Source of the DNA: a virus
Length of the DNA: 64,000 bases
Direction: 5' to 3' (one strand)
Virus record (IMG/VR): IMGVR_UViG_3300007345_000027
Coordinates: 33,090-97,089 of that record
Part shown: in pieces, positions 28,138 to 38,654 of the stretch
How the letters are laid out: every line of letters starts with the position of its first letter
Numbering within the stretch: position 1 is the first letter of the stretch
Notes under the pieces: model-generated
Databases searched by the model: none
What the model was told of the DNA's origin: nothing
Seen by the model: only the letters and a program-made list of their open reading frames with translations
Made by a program: the position numbers and the translations under genes

Positions 28138-31100
28138 ATGGACCTTAATTCTAAAAGAGTTAAAAAACTTGCGAGAACGGGAATAACATCCGATAGATAT
28201 CAATTTCTGGGATTAAATCAAGCAGAACCAGATCTTGGAGATCCTTTAGTTGGAGTTTCTTCGATAGTCAATAAACCCATACCTGCTGGCGATCAGTATA
28301 TGGTTGCTGCTGTCGATGGTTATGCTGGGGAAAGATATTGGATAAGAGCAACTGAAACACAAGGTGCTGGAATACAAGGTACTCAGGGACTGCAAGGTGC
28401 TTTGAGCAATTTTCAAGGTACTCAAGGTACTCAAGGATTGCAAGGTAATCAAGGGACACAAGGTTTACAGGGAAGACAAGGATTACAGGGTCCTTTAGGA
28501 AATTTTCAAGGTGTTCAAGGATTACAAGGACTTCAAGGATTACAAGGACTTCAAGGTTTACAAGGACTTCAAGGATTACAGGGTGTTCAAGGATCCCAAG
28601 GATTCCAAGGCGTTCAAGGTTTACAAGGACTTCAAGGATTACAGGGTGTTCAAGGATTACAAGGTAATCAAGGAACACAAGGTTTACAAGGAATGCAAGG
28701 ACTTCAGGGTCCTTTAAGTAATTTTCAAGGAACACAGGGATCCCAAGGATTTCAAGGTGTTCAAGGTTTTCAAGGTATACAGGGATCTCAAGGTCTTCAA
28801 GGAATGCAGGGATTCCAGGGAACTCAAGGATTTCAAGGTTTGCAAGGTTTGCAAGGCGTTCAAGGATTACAAGGTTCGCAAGGATTCCAAGGATTACAAG
28901 GATTACAAGGAAGAAGTCACCAAGGTGTTCAAGGTTTACAAGGAACGGAAGGATTCCAAGGTGCTCAAGGTATTCAAGGTATTCAAGGGTTGCAAGGAAT
29001 CCAGGGTGTGCTTGGTAATTTTCAGGGCACTCAAGGGACACAAGGTTTACAGGGAATGCAAGGACTTCAGGGTCCTTTAAGTAATTTTCAAGGTGTTCAA
29101 GGATCTCAAGGATTCCAAGGTGTTCAAGGTTTACAAGGACTTCAGGGAATTCAAGGAGGATTATCCCCTCAAGGTTCTCAGGGTGTTCAAGGAACTCAAG
29201 GTCCTCAAGGAATACAAGGGTATAGTGGAATTCAGGGACCCCAAGGTACTCAGGGTTTACAAGGAGTTCAAGGTGTACAGGGTGTTCAAGGTAGAGGTAT
29301 AACTGGTTCAAAAGGTGATCAAGGTACTCAAGGTGTACAGGGTACTCAAGGATTACAAGGCAGGAGAGGTTCACAAGGAATGCAGGGTGTCGAGGGTGAG
29401 CAGGGCACTCAGGGAACACAGGGAAGGCAGGGTGTTCAAGGCAGAATAGGTTTAGGTGGTATCAAGGGTGACACTGGTTCACAAGGTGCACAAGGTGTTA
29501 AAGGATTAACATCTACAACACCTTATACATTGATGAATTTTGACATTCCAGGAGATTTGGTTGTTAATACTCAAACTGTTAGTAATAATTTAGTTGATGG
29601 TGTATCTTTTACCACTGTAGGTAATATAAGTGGCATGAGTAACACATCTAATGTTACATCTGGAGCATCAATTGCATTATTTTCAGGGACAACTGGAGAA
29701 AGATGGGTAAGAACAAGTAGAAAAGTTTATTTTGCCACCATATCTAAGATATTTTTCTATGTCAATCAAGGTGGAAGTGGATGGGGTGAACAACCAGATT
29801 CTGGTGAAGGTTTATCACTCCAATATTCGTTCAACGGCACTAACTGGACTAACATTTTTACAATTCAACCATCAGATATAACAAGAAATACGTGGGTTCT
29901 TCAAGAAGTAGATGTACCAACTGCAATACAAAATTATGAAGGTGCATATGTTAGATTCAAACAAGACAATAGTAGTGGAACTGCCTTTGATAACTGGGCT
30001 ATAAGTGCATTAGCAATACAAATCACTTCTCCAAATACTGGTGGTATAGGTGGTGGAGGTGGTGGATCGGGAACTCTTATACTCGATGCAACAAATACCT
30101 CTAATGTTATGAGAGGCACTGTATATCAAAGATCATTAACTGATGCATTTTCTGATTTTGGAAATGTTTCATCAACACCATTACCTTGGATACAATCCAA
30201 TGATTACGTTTTTCAATTTGGTACGTCTGGAGGTAGTATTGGTTCTACTGAAACGAGAACTATCACTACTAGAAATAAAATATTTTTAGCATCTTCAGAA
30301 TTGGTTGAATTCTGGTCTCTTCCTGGTGGAGTAGGAGGTTGGGGTGAACAACCAGATGATTTGGAAGAAGTAATACTGGAATATTCTTATAATGGCACTA
30401 CGGGTTGGAATGAGATTGGGGAGAGGGGTAGGTTTAATAGCTCTTCCCAAAATGGTCTTAGATGGATAAGAAATGTATTTAAAGTTCCCGATGGTGCTAA
30501 AAACTCTGGTGGAGTTTTCATAAGACTAAAGCAATCATCTAGTGGTGCTAACATCGACCACTACCTGGTGAGTTCAGTTTACATAAGATCTTATTCTTCC
30601 AATACTAATAGTTCCTTTGCCGCTTTAGATTTTTCAAATTATGCTAGTGCTTATTTTCATAACGCATGGCCAACTACTATTGCCCAATATAACACAATAG
30701 GTGCAGTGAATTTACCAACATCATCAACTGATGGTTTGATAAATCAATACACTCCAATATGTGTTTTTGATGAAGGTTCCCCTAATATTAGTGCAGATAG
30801 AAAAGTTATTACACCAAATAGAATATACTTAAAAAATTCCAATACATTTTCATTCCATGTATGTAGAAATTGGTATGAAGGTCCAGATAATGGTGAAGAA
30901 TTATTCCTTTATTATTCCCTTGATGGTGTAGGTTGGACTCAATTCCACAAAGTATTACGAGTTACAAGTGGAGCTGGAACTAATGAATCTGCTACTGCTT
31001 CAAATGCTTGGACAGAAGTACAAGCAGAAATTCCAGAAAATGCTAAAGTTGCTAGTGGTGTTTACATTAAAGTTGAACAAGTACAGTTCTCATCAAGTGG

Positions 31101-31611
31101 TGGAGATGAGTGGGCCATAACATCGATTTTAACTGATGTTGGTGGTAGTGGTGGATCTAGTAGTGGAGCAGGGGAACTTAATATTGAGAATTTACCTACT
31201 ACTAGTATTGATACTAATGACTATTCTATTGGTTTTACCAGTGTTACCTCTGGTATAACTACTATTCTTACAACTCATTCTACTAAATTATTTTACAAAC
31301 CATCTACAGGAAATTTATCCTCACAATCCTTTACATCATTATCAGATGTAAGAGCAAAAATTAATATTGAAAATATTAATGATCCTATAGGAATAACGCA
31401 ACAATTAAAAGGAGTTGCATTTAACTGGAAAGAAAGTAAAAAACCATCTCTTGGATTAATAGCACAAGATGTTGAAAAAGTTTTACCCCAAATTATTGAA
31501 ACTAATTCTGATGGGTCCAAAACAGTTAACTATGATGCTATTATACCGATTTTAATTGAATCTATAAAAAATCATGAGATTAGAATAGAAAAATTAGAAG
31601 AAAATAGTTAA
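28138..31611 (+). CDS. collagen-containing fibre protein with three reelin-like domains and a C-terminal peptidase S74 chaperone
   Basis: G-X-Q block 28363-29505; three LQYS.NG..W domains; SDVRAKINI...LKGVAFNWK...[12 protein letters not shown]...[15 protein letters not shown]. Confidence 0.8.
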   Translation: MDLNSKRVKKLARTGITSDRYQFLGLNQAEPDLGDPLVGVSSIVNKPIPAGDQYMVAAVDGYAGERYWIRATETQGAGIQGTQGLQGALSNFQGTQGTQGLQGNQGTQGLQGRQGLQGPLGNFQGVQGLQGLQGLQGLQGLQGLQGLQGVQGSQGFQGVQGLQGLQGLQGVQGLQGNQGTQGLQGMQGLQGPLSNFQGTQGSQGFQGVQGFQGIQGSQGLQGMQGFQGTQGFQGLQGLQGVQGLQGSQGFQGLQGLQGRSHQGVQGLQGTEGFQGAQGIQGIQGLQGIQGVLGNFQGTQGTQGLQGMQGLQGPLSNFQGVQGSQGFQGVQGLQGLQGIQGGLSPQGSQGVQGTQGPQGIQGYSGIQGPQGTQGLQGVQGVQGVQGRGITGSKGDQGTQGVQGTQGLQGRRGSQGMQGVEGEQGTQGTQGRQGVQGRIGLGGIKGDTGSQGAQGVKGLTSTTPYTLMNFDIPGDLVVNTQTVSNNLVDGVSFTTVGNISGMSNTSNVTSGASIALFSGTTGERWVRTSRKVYFATISKIFFYVNQGGSGWGEQPDSGEGLSLQYSFNGTNWTNIFTIQPSDITRNTWVLQEVDVPTAIQNYEGAYVRFKQDNSSGTAFDNWAISALAIQITSPNTGGIGGGGGGSGTLILDATNTSNVMRGTVYQRSLTDAFSDFGNVSSTPLPWIQSNDYVFQFGTSGGSIGSTETRTITTRNKIFLASSELVEFWSLPGGVGGWGEQPDDLEEVILEYSYNGTTGWNEIGERGRFNSSSQNGLRWIRNVFKVPDGAKNSGGVFIRLKQSSSGANIDHYLVSSVYIRSYSSNTNSSFAALDFSNYASAYFHNAWPTTIAQYNTIGAVNLPTSSTDGLINQYTPICVFDEGSPNISADRKVITPNRIYLKNSNTFSFHVCRNWYEGPDNGEELFLYYSLDGVGWTQFHKVLRVTSGAGTNESATASNAWTEVQAEIPENAKVASGVYIKVEQVQFSSSGGDEWAITSILTDVGGSGGSSSGAGELNIENLPTTSIDTNDYSIGFTSVTSGITTILTTHSTKLFYKPSTGNLSSQSFTSLSDVRAKINIENINDPIGITQQLKGVAFNWKESKKPSLGLIAQDVEKVLPQIIETNSDGSKTVNYDAIIPILIESIKNHEIRIEKLEENS
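28363..29505 (+). repeat. collagen-like (Gly-X-Gln)n coding repeat
   Basis: Same repeat family as 19541-22398, including 78-81 bp of exact identity. Confidence 0.95.
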
Positions 31612-31612
31612 T

Positions 31613-34600
31613 ATGAATAATGATATCTTAAAAATACCTCACATTGAGGACGATGAAGATTTTTTAAATTATAAAAATACTTTAGAAAAAGAACCTGAAG
31701 GTGATGTTAAAAAAAGGTATTGTATTGGATGTTATACACCAGAAGATTGGCAATATATTCATGAAGAATTGATGAGAGATGGAAGTTTAGATGATAATAT
31801 TCCATCAGATTGTTGTGATTGTGTTGATCAAAAACTCCACAGTGAAACAAGAGCTATTTACTTATTAACTGATTCGGAAGCTATAGCACTAAAAGAACAT
31901 CCTAGAGTAAAATATGTCAATGTTGATACGCAGTTTTATAGAGGAACATATTTGGTAAATCCCAAAAATGTGGAATTTTCTTACAGATGGAATCACGGTG
32001 CAAAGCATTATAGAGGAGATACTACTTGGTTGTATGGTCAATTGTCATCTAGAACTAATATAGGTGAGGACACTGGAAGAACTGGATATCAATTGTACAG
32101 GATGTCTCAGAAAGAGGATCCTTGGATAAATGAATCTAAGGGTATTACATTTGCCACGGCATCAAATTTTGGTAATATATCAAATTATTCTACAAATTCA
32201 CATCAAAACAACCAAATAAACGAAAATAATGGAACTGGTAGAGACGTTGATCTCGTAGTTGGTGATAATCAATGTTGGTTTGGTCATGCAGAATTCCAAG
32301 ACTTTCGTACATTTCAATCGACACCAGTACCTCAAGGTTATTGGCCATATGGACCATATGATTGGGATGGTGGTAATGTCTTAAACAGTAATTTTTCTGC
32401 AAGTGCTAGTAATGGATCATGTCAATTATTAGACTTAGTTTTGGAAGCACCATATTATCTAGATCCAACTTATTTTGAAGCTGATCCTAATAATAGATTA
32501 GAGACTAGATGGGATGGAACTACTGTACCCGTAGAACAAGTCGCAAAATCGTGGTGGGGAAATGTTAACAGTAGAAGTAGTACTACAATTTTAGGGGGAG
32601 CAGTTATTTCAATTCCATCCTCATATACGAGAGCTAATTGTAATGGTACATTTCAAAATAGAAATGTACCCCAAATTCCTAGTAGTGCATCTCATGGCAC
32701 ATCTTGTGCATCACAAGCATATGGTAAATGGCATGGATGGGCATATAATGCAAATAAGTGGTATGTAGATGTGTATAGTACCTATGGTCTTGGATTTGAA
32801 AATTATTTTGATATGTTGAAATTATTTCATTTATATAAACCAAATAGAACATCTGATGATTCAAAAAATCCAACCGTTTCCAGCAATAGTTGGGGTTTTA
32901 GACTTCCATTATCAGCACTGCTTACTGGTTATTATTATTTTAGATCGGGAACTTTGGGTGGTGGAGGACAACAATATGATATTGATGATGGATCAGGAAG
33001 TGTAGATTGGGGAGCAAGTCCCAGATTTCTAACCCATTTCACAGAACCAAATACTCTTTTTCAATGTGAAATGGTAGATAATTCTGAATCTCAAGCAGGT
33101 GAAGAACTTATTGATTCTGGAGTAATCTTTGTACATGCTTCAGGGAATGAAAATCAAAAAATGGTGAAATCAGAACACCCAGATTATAATAATTACATCT
33201 ACCCAACTGCAAATCAAACATTGGCTCAATCTATTGCACAATATGGGGGGCGTAATTATACTCTTACTGTTAATAGAAAAGGGTTTCCTGGACAGATAGG
33301 AAAAGTGAACAATAATGATGGTAGTGTTACTTACAGAACAATTTGTATTGGAGCTTTAGATTCTAACTATGATAATGAAGGTAGAGAAAGAAAAGTATAC
33401 TATAGTAATATGGGAAATGCGGTAGACGCATATGCACCAGGTGAATTAACTATTGCAGCAACAGCACAGGATGGTGCTATTAGTGGTTATTCTTTTTTAT
33501 ATGAAAGGCATCCTGGTACAGCTTATTCTTATGATGGGAATAATCTTTCTGAAATTTCATATGATAATTCATTTACTGGTAGTAGTTCAGCATGTCCACT
33601 AGCAGCTGGTTTAATTGCAACTGTACTGGAACAAAATAGAGGATGGAATTATTCAAGTGTTCTTTTGTATATTTCAAATAATGTTGGAACACAATCATCT
33701 ATTCAGTTTTACAGTGGTTCTGAGTCTACACAATATGATGATCAAAATTTTACCGATCTTCATTCTATAGAGGGTGGTTCACCAACAATACTCTGGAACG
33801 CTCCACTTGCAGGTTCAGTACCTGATGCACAAAATTATTACTCGGATGAAGGAGAATTAACAGATCACTTTATTACTGAAAAATGGTTTATAGATCAATA
33901 TATTGGTGATAGATTAGTTACTACTGGTGATAATGCTTTGGGGCAATTAGGTAATGGATCATCTACAACTGATTTTGGATCATTTTATTATCATTATGAT
34001 GTTAATACTCAAGCAAAGGATAGTTGGAAAGATGTTAAATGTGGAGGATATCACACACTAGCAGTAACTAGAGAAGGAGTTTTGTATAGTTGGGGAGCAG
34101 ACAGTGATGGGCAGTTGGGTGATGGTAATGCTGGTGGTGCTATTACTGTACCAAACTCAACAGCTTTAGGTACTCAATTTACTCGTATAAAAATTATATC
34201 TGCTGGATTACAACATTCTGCATTGATATCTACACAAAAGATTTTATATACTTGGGGTGCTAATGGGGCTGGACAATTAGGTAATGGAAGTAATACTTCT
34301 ACATCCACACCAACACCTGTTAATTTTGATGTTGATTGGGTTCAAGTTTCTGGGAAAGGATTTCATACTATGGCAATTAAAGATAATGGCACTCTTTGGG
34401 CTACTGGGAACAATACTTATGGGCAACTTGGATTGGGTGATACTTCAGATAGAAACACCTTTACTCAAGTTGGAACTGATGAAGATTGGTTAACAGTATC
34501 AGCAGGAAGAAATCATACATTAGCACTTAAAAAGGATGGAACATTGTGGGCATGGGGTGGAAATTATCTTACTAATGGTAATGTTTCTGGTAGAGAAGGA

Positions 34601-35116
34601 ATATTGGGTATTGGTAACGATGTGCAACAATATTATGATACACCGCAGCAAGTGGGAACTAATAACCATTGGAAGTCAATTTCTGCTGGTGGATATCATA
34701 GTGCTGCAATTAAAGATGATGGATCTTTATATCTGTGGGGAAGAAATGATGATGGGCAATTAGGTTTAAATAATCAAAATTCTAGAAGTTCTCCAACATT
34801 AGTTTCTAATACATTCGTTTCTGGAAATTATGAACTTGATATTGGGCAATGGAAAGGTGTTTCTTGTGGTGAGACACATACTGCAGCAGTAAAATTTAAC
34901 GGATCTGCTTGGTCGTGGGGTGATAATTCAAATAGACAATTGGGGCAAAAATCGACAATAAATACCAATAGGATTGAGTTTCCACATTTAATGGAACCTA
35001 ATGCTGGTAATTCATTTAGACATAAAGCAAGTGTAAAAATGATTTCTGCTGGATTTAGACATACCGCCTTTGTTACCTCTGGGTCTGCACCAGAATATTA
35101 CGTTACTTACGGATAA
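31613..35116 (+). CDS. subtilase (peptidase S8) fused to an RCC1-like beta-propeller
   Basis: Triad-like motifs DLVVGD, HGTSCAS, FTGSSSACP and oxyanion ASGN; C-terminal WG.N..GQLG / SAG..H RCC1 repeats. Confidence 0.85.
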   Translation: MNNDILKIPHIEDDEDFLNYKNTLEKEPEGDVKKRYCIGCYTPEDWQYIHEELMRDGSLDDNIPSDCCDCVDQKLHSETRAIYLLTDSEAIALKEHPRVKYVNVDTQFYRGTYLVNPKNVEFSYRWNHGAKHYRGDTTWLYGQLSSRTNIGEDTGRTGYQLYRMSQKEDPWINESKGITFATASNFGNISNYSTNSHQNNQINENNGTGRDVDLVVGDNQCWFGHAEFQDFRTFQSTPVPQGYWPYGPYDWDGGNVLNSNFSASASNGSCQLLDLVLEAPYYLDPTYFEADPNNRLETRWDGTTVPVEQVAKSWWGNVNSRSSTTILGGAVISIPSSYTRANCNGTFQNRNVPQIPSSASHGTSCASQAYGKWHGWAYNANKWYVDVYSTYGLGFENYFDMLKLFHLYKPNRTSDDSKNPTVSSNSWGFRLPLSALLTGYYYFRSGTLGGGGQQYDIDDGSGSVDWGASPRFLTHFTEPNTLFQCEMVDNSESQAGEELIDSGVIFVHASGNENQKMVKSEHPDYNNYIYPTANQTLAQSIAQYGGRNYTLTVNRKGFPGQIGKVNNNDGSVTYRTICIGALDSNYDNEGRERKVYYSNMGNAVDAYAPGELTIAATAQDGAISGYSFLYERHPGTAYSYDGNNLSEISYDNSFTGSSSACPLAAGLIATVLEQNRGWNYSSVLLYISNNVGTQSSIQFYSGSESTQYDDQNFTDLHSIEGGSPTILWNAPLAGSVPDAQNYYSDEGELTDHFITEKWFIDQYIGDRLVTTGDNALGQLGNGSSTTDFGSFYYHYDVNTQAKDSWKDVKCGGYHTLAVTREGVLYSWGADSDGQLGDGNAGGAITVPNSTALGTQFTRIKIISAGLQHSALISTQKILYTWGANGAGQLGNGSNTSTSTPTPVNFDVDWVQVSGKGFHTMAIKDNGTLWATGNNTYGQLGLGDTSDRNTFTQVGTDEDWLTVSAGRNHTLALKKDGTLWAWGGNYLTNGNVSGREGILGIGNDVQQYYDTPQQVGTNNHWKSISAGGYHSAAIKDDGSLYLWGRNDDGQLGLNNQNSRSSPTLVSNTFVSGNYELDIGQWKGVSCGETHTAAVKFNGSAWSWGDNSNRQLGQKSTINTNRIEFPHLMEPNAGNSFRHKASVKMISAGFRHTAFVTSGSAPEYYVTYG

Positions 35117-35120
35117 AAAA

Positions 35121-35807
35121 ATGTATGCCTTAGTAAACGGATCCTTCATATTATTAGGACCTATTGGATTCAACTATCGTTTAATAAATTCAACTATAAA
35201 GGATGATCTAAATTTAGATTATAATGTAGGACCATTAGATTATATGAATGTTCCTATTAATTTTAATGATCAATTAAAAATTTTACCAGTCGTTAATAAT
35301 ATCCCACATCATAATAGAAAAACAGAATATCCAAATATGATTAGGTGGGAGATTGGAGAAGATCGATTAACATATTTTTATGAAATACTTCCAATACCTT
35401 TAGAAAAACTTAAGCAACGATATAAAGAAAAAATAACTAACGATAGATGGCATAAAGAAAATAATGGAAATATTACAGTAACAATTAATGATATTGAAAT
35501 AACAGTTTCAACTATGAGGGAAAATAGATCTCAATTAGCATCAAAGATTCGTGCTATGAGTACAGATGTTAGAAGAAGATTTAAGTTTCAAAATACATGG
35601 ATAGAATTAAATTCTACTGAAATGCAGACTATTATAGATGAAATAGATGATTATGTACAAGAGCAATTTGATTGGGAATATACAAAGCATAACGAAATAG
35701 ATGCTTGTGGTGATTGTGAGGCATTATTATCAATGCCAGAATTTGATGTATCATATACAAACACTGGTGATAGTGCTGCTGTCGAATCTTCTACTACAAC
35801 TAGTTAA
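35121..35807 (+). CDS. DUF4376-like tail fibre assembly/chaperone protein
   Basis: ATG at 35121; KEKI...RW.KE...IT...VST.RE.R...FKF...WIEL...YVQEQFDWE...EID pattern. Confidence 0.55.
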   Translation: MYALVNGSFILLGPIGFNYRLINSTIKDDLNLDYNVGPLDYMNVPINFNDQLKILPVVNNIPHHNRKTEYPNMIRWEIGEDRLTYFYEILPIPLEKLKQRYKEKITNDRWHKENNGNITVTINDIEITVSTMRENRSQLASKIRAMSTDVRRRFKFQNTWIELNSTEMQTIIDEIDDYVQEQFDWEYTKHNEIDACGDCEALLSMPEFDVSYTNTGDSAAVESSTTTS

Positions 35808-35810
35808 ATT

Positions 35811-37259
35811 ATGCCTATATCAACTTCAATTCCCACAAATTTTCACATAAGAGAGTCTGATTTAGGAAGTATTTTGGTTAGTAGAGATTATCTCACAACC
35901 ACATATCGAAGTTTGATTGATGATAGAACAAGATCAGATGCATACTGGTGGGGTGCAAATTTTTCAATTACTAGCCTAATACCAAAAAACAGTACTACTT
36001 ACGATTTAGTGAGACTTAATTATCTTCAAAATGAATCTGCTGGATGGAATGATCCACCAACTTATGGCAGTGCTTTTTATAGAAAAGAAATTGTAGATAT
36101 TAGAAATAATCCAACTTACCAGAATAATAGTAATTATGCTTTTCGGAATACATCTTTTTTAGCAAGTGATGGTACTTTATGGATGTCTGGACAGAATGGT
36201 TCTGGTGAACTTGGACAACCATATGCATCAAACACATACCGCCAGACTTTTGATGAAGGCGCACCTTACCAAGTTACAACCAGTACTGATTGGATACATT
36301 GTGCACCTGGTACAAACTTTGTAGCAGCAATTAAAAGAGATGGTAGTCTATGGGCATGGGGACGAAATGTATATGGTCTTGCTGGTACTGGTGCAGATAC
36401 CAACAACCCTGATATTACCGATTGGGGACGGACTTTTGTGCCTCCAACGGATATTACATCAATGGTCACTTCTGGATCTATACTCAATACAAAATGGAGA
36501 TATGTTTCTGTTGGATTTAATTTTGCCATGTATATAGATCAAGAAGGTTATTTGTACGGTTCAGGAAGAAATAATTATGGTCAACTTGGTAATTTTAGTA
36601 CTCAAGATTCTGGTGGATATATGAAAAGAGTTTATGGTAATCCAAATATATCAGCATTTGAAGATAAATGGAGATATGTTCAATGTGGTACAAATGAATG
36701 GATTGGAATAAAGGAAGATGGTAGATTATATGGATGTGGAAATATGTTCAATAGTACTTATCCAATAGAATTAAGACAAACATGGGGTGATTTTGGGAGA
36801 AGATACATTCATTGTGATATTTCTTCTTCACATTGGGCTGCCATAAGAAATGATGGAACTCTATGGACTGGTGGTTTCTGGAGAAATGATGATTATCAAG
36901 ATTCCATGTTTGGTCAACCTTTAGATTTTAATTTTATTTCTTCAGGTCTTATATTAAATAATCGAATAGGACCAGCACCTATAAATTCGGGATCTACTGC
37001 TGGAGGTATTTTACAGGTTTCAGGTGGACCTTATAGATTTGTTTCATGTGGAATATACTTTACTATACTTATAGGTGCAGATGGACGTTTGTATGGTTAT
37101 GGCAACAACCAAGATCGTCAACTTGAATATACTTCTTATAGTTGGAGATTTCAGCCAACTTTATTAAACTATAATGTAGAGACACAATATTCTAATTGGA
37201 AACAAGTAAGAGCACAAGATTATGGATGTATAGGAATAAAATCTACACAATATATTTAA
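35811..37259 (+). CDS. RCC1-like beta-propeller protein
   Basis: DGTLWMSGQNGSGELG, AIKRDGSLWAWGRN, GRNNYGQLG repeats. Confidence 0.85.
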   Translation: MPISTSIPTNFHIRESDLGSILVSRDYLTTTYRSLIDDRTRSDAYWWGANFSITSLIPKNSTTYDLVRLNYLQNESAGWNDPPTYGSAFYRKEIVDIRNNPTYQNNSNYAFRNTSFLASDGTLWMSGQNGSGELGQPYASNTYRQTFDEGAPYQVTTSTDWIHCAPGTNFVAAIKRDGSLWAWGRNVYGLAGTGADTNNPDITDWGRTFVPPTDITSMVTSGSILNTKWRYVSVGFNFAMYIDQEGYLYGSGRNNYGQLGNFSTQDSGGYMKRVYGNPNISAFEDKWRYVQCGTNEWIGIKEDGRLYGCGNMFNSTYPIELRQTWGDFGRRYIHCDISSSHWAAIRNDGTLWTGGFWRNDDYQDSMFGQPLDFNFISSGLILNNRIGPAPINSGSTAGGILQVSGGPYRFVSCGIYFTILIGADGRLYGYGNNQDRQLEYTSYSWRFQPTLLNYNVETQYSNWKQVRAQDYGCIGIKSTQYI

Positions 37260-37260
37260 A

Positions 37261-38628
37261 ATGGCAACTAATTATAATATAGGGTTTCCTTTTAATAACA
37301 AATATGGACAGATAAATCTTGTTACTGGATTTAGTACCACTAATCCATTTATGGTTACACGAATGGATGATGTATTTGTACCAAAAGAATTTTTTACTAC
37401 TGGTGTTATAGAATCTTGGGGAAAAAATGATAATGGTGAACTTGGTGATGCAAATTCTCCAAATTCAAAAACATCACCAGAACCAACTTTTTACAATTTT
37501 GGTGATTTTAGAAAAGTTGATAGTGGAGATGGTTTCGCTGCTGGTTTAACGATGAGTGGTGATTTATATGTTTGGGGTGATGGGAAAGCTGGTATTTTTG
37601 GTGATGGGCAGATCAATTCATATGATTATCCGCGTCTAGTTAGTGGTCATAAATGGTATGACTTTGCATGTGGACATGAACATATGGTTGGTCTTAAACA
37701 GGATGGATCTTTATATATGTGGGGAAAGACGAGTTCTGGTGCTACTCCGATTACATATCCAACTCTTTTGCAAAGCAGTTTCTGGAATAATCTCCCAGAT
37801 GAATATGTTGCTAGAAAAGTTTGGGCTGGGTGGTATAACATTTTCATCTTAGCCATAGGATCAACCCAATCTGATGAAGATAATGATGAGGAGATTGATA
37901 TTGATGGTAGAGTTTATAGTTTGCATATGAATTATGGTACTACTAACCATATTATTGGTAGAGATGGTGCTGGTAGTTTCAATTCAACGTTTTTTGACAT
38001 TGATGCATCTGGTTCTGGTTCCAACTATATCGCTCTAGATCGTCCCAGATATCCAAGAGATTTATCAACTGGACCTACTTCTACAGGAATTATTGCTGGG
38101 AATGGTACAATGTATTGGATGGGTGATAATAGATCGGACGACGGTCTTGGAGATGCTTTTACACCAGATCCTGTCAACAGTCCAGCAGATTTTTATCCAG
38201 CACTGAGAATAAGTACGGGTGGTTCTTCTAATACTGAGGATGATTGGAAACGTTGTTCTGCAGGACGTTATTTTCAGGGAGCAATAAAAGATAATGGAAC
38301 ATTATGGATGTGGGGACAAAATACATATGGTCAACTTGGTTTAGGAAATACTCTAAAATATAATAGACCTCAAAAAGTTGGTAACGAATCAAATTGGAGA
38401 TATATTTCTTGTGGTGAGCACAGTACTCTAGCAATAAAAACTGATGGTACTTTATGGGCGTGGGGAAGAAATGACGGAAATTATTTGGGTATAAGTGGAC
38501 AGAATCCACCAACATCTGTTGATACTCCACAACAAATAGGAACTAGAACTGATTGGGGTGCCATATCTACTCCACCAGTGGGTCAATCATATTATGCTTT
38601 ATCATATGATAAGATCATATATCATTAA
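37261..38628 (+). CDS. RCC1-like beta-propeller protein
   Basis: WGKNDNGELG, AIKDNGTLWMWGQNTYGQLG, AIKTDGTLWAWGRN repeats. Confidence 0.85.
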   Translation: MATNYNIGFPFNNKYGQINLVTGFSTTNPFMVTRMDDVFVPKEFFTTGVIESWGKNDNGELGDANSPNSKTSPEPTFYNFGDFRKVDSGDGFAAGLTMSGDLYVWGDGKAGIFGDGQINSYDYPRLVSGHKWYDFACGHEHMVGLKQDGSLYMWGKTSSGATPITYPTLLQSSFWNNLPDEYVARKVWAGWYNIFILAIGSTQSDEDNDEEIDIDGRVYSLHMNYGTTNHIIGRDGAGSFNSTFFDIDASGSGSNYIALDRPRYPRDLSTGPTSTGIIAGNGTMYWMGDNRSDDGLGDAFTPDPVNSPADFYPALRISTGGSSNTEDDWKRCSAGRYFQGAIKDNGTLWMWGQNTYGQLGLGNTLKYNRPQKVGNESNWRYISCGEHSTLAIKTDGTLWAWGRNDGNYLGISGQNPPTSVDTPQQIGTRTDWGAISTPPVGQSYYALSYDKIIYH

Positions 38629-38654
38629 TACATATTATATAAAGTAAAATAAAA

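Noticed and set aside
19527-29419. Many antisense and off-frame ORFs in the collagen tracts; possible CRISPR-like array
   Set aside because: The 9-bp coding periodicity removes stop codons in other frames; there is no constant repeat with unique spacers.
33900-38628. Diversity-generating retroelement targeting the RCC1 or fibre genes
   Set aside because: No reverse transcriptase and no template/variable repeat pair differing only at adenines was seen in this window.
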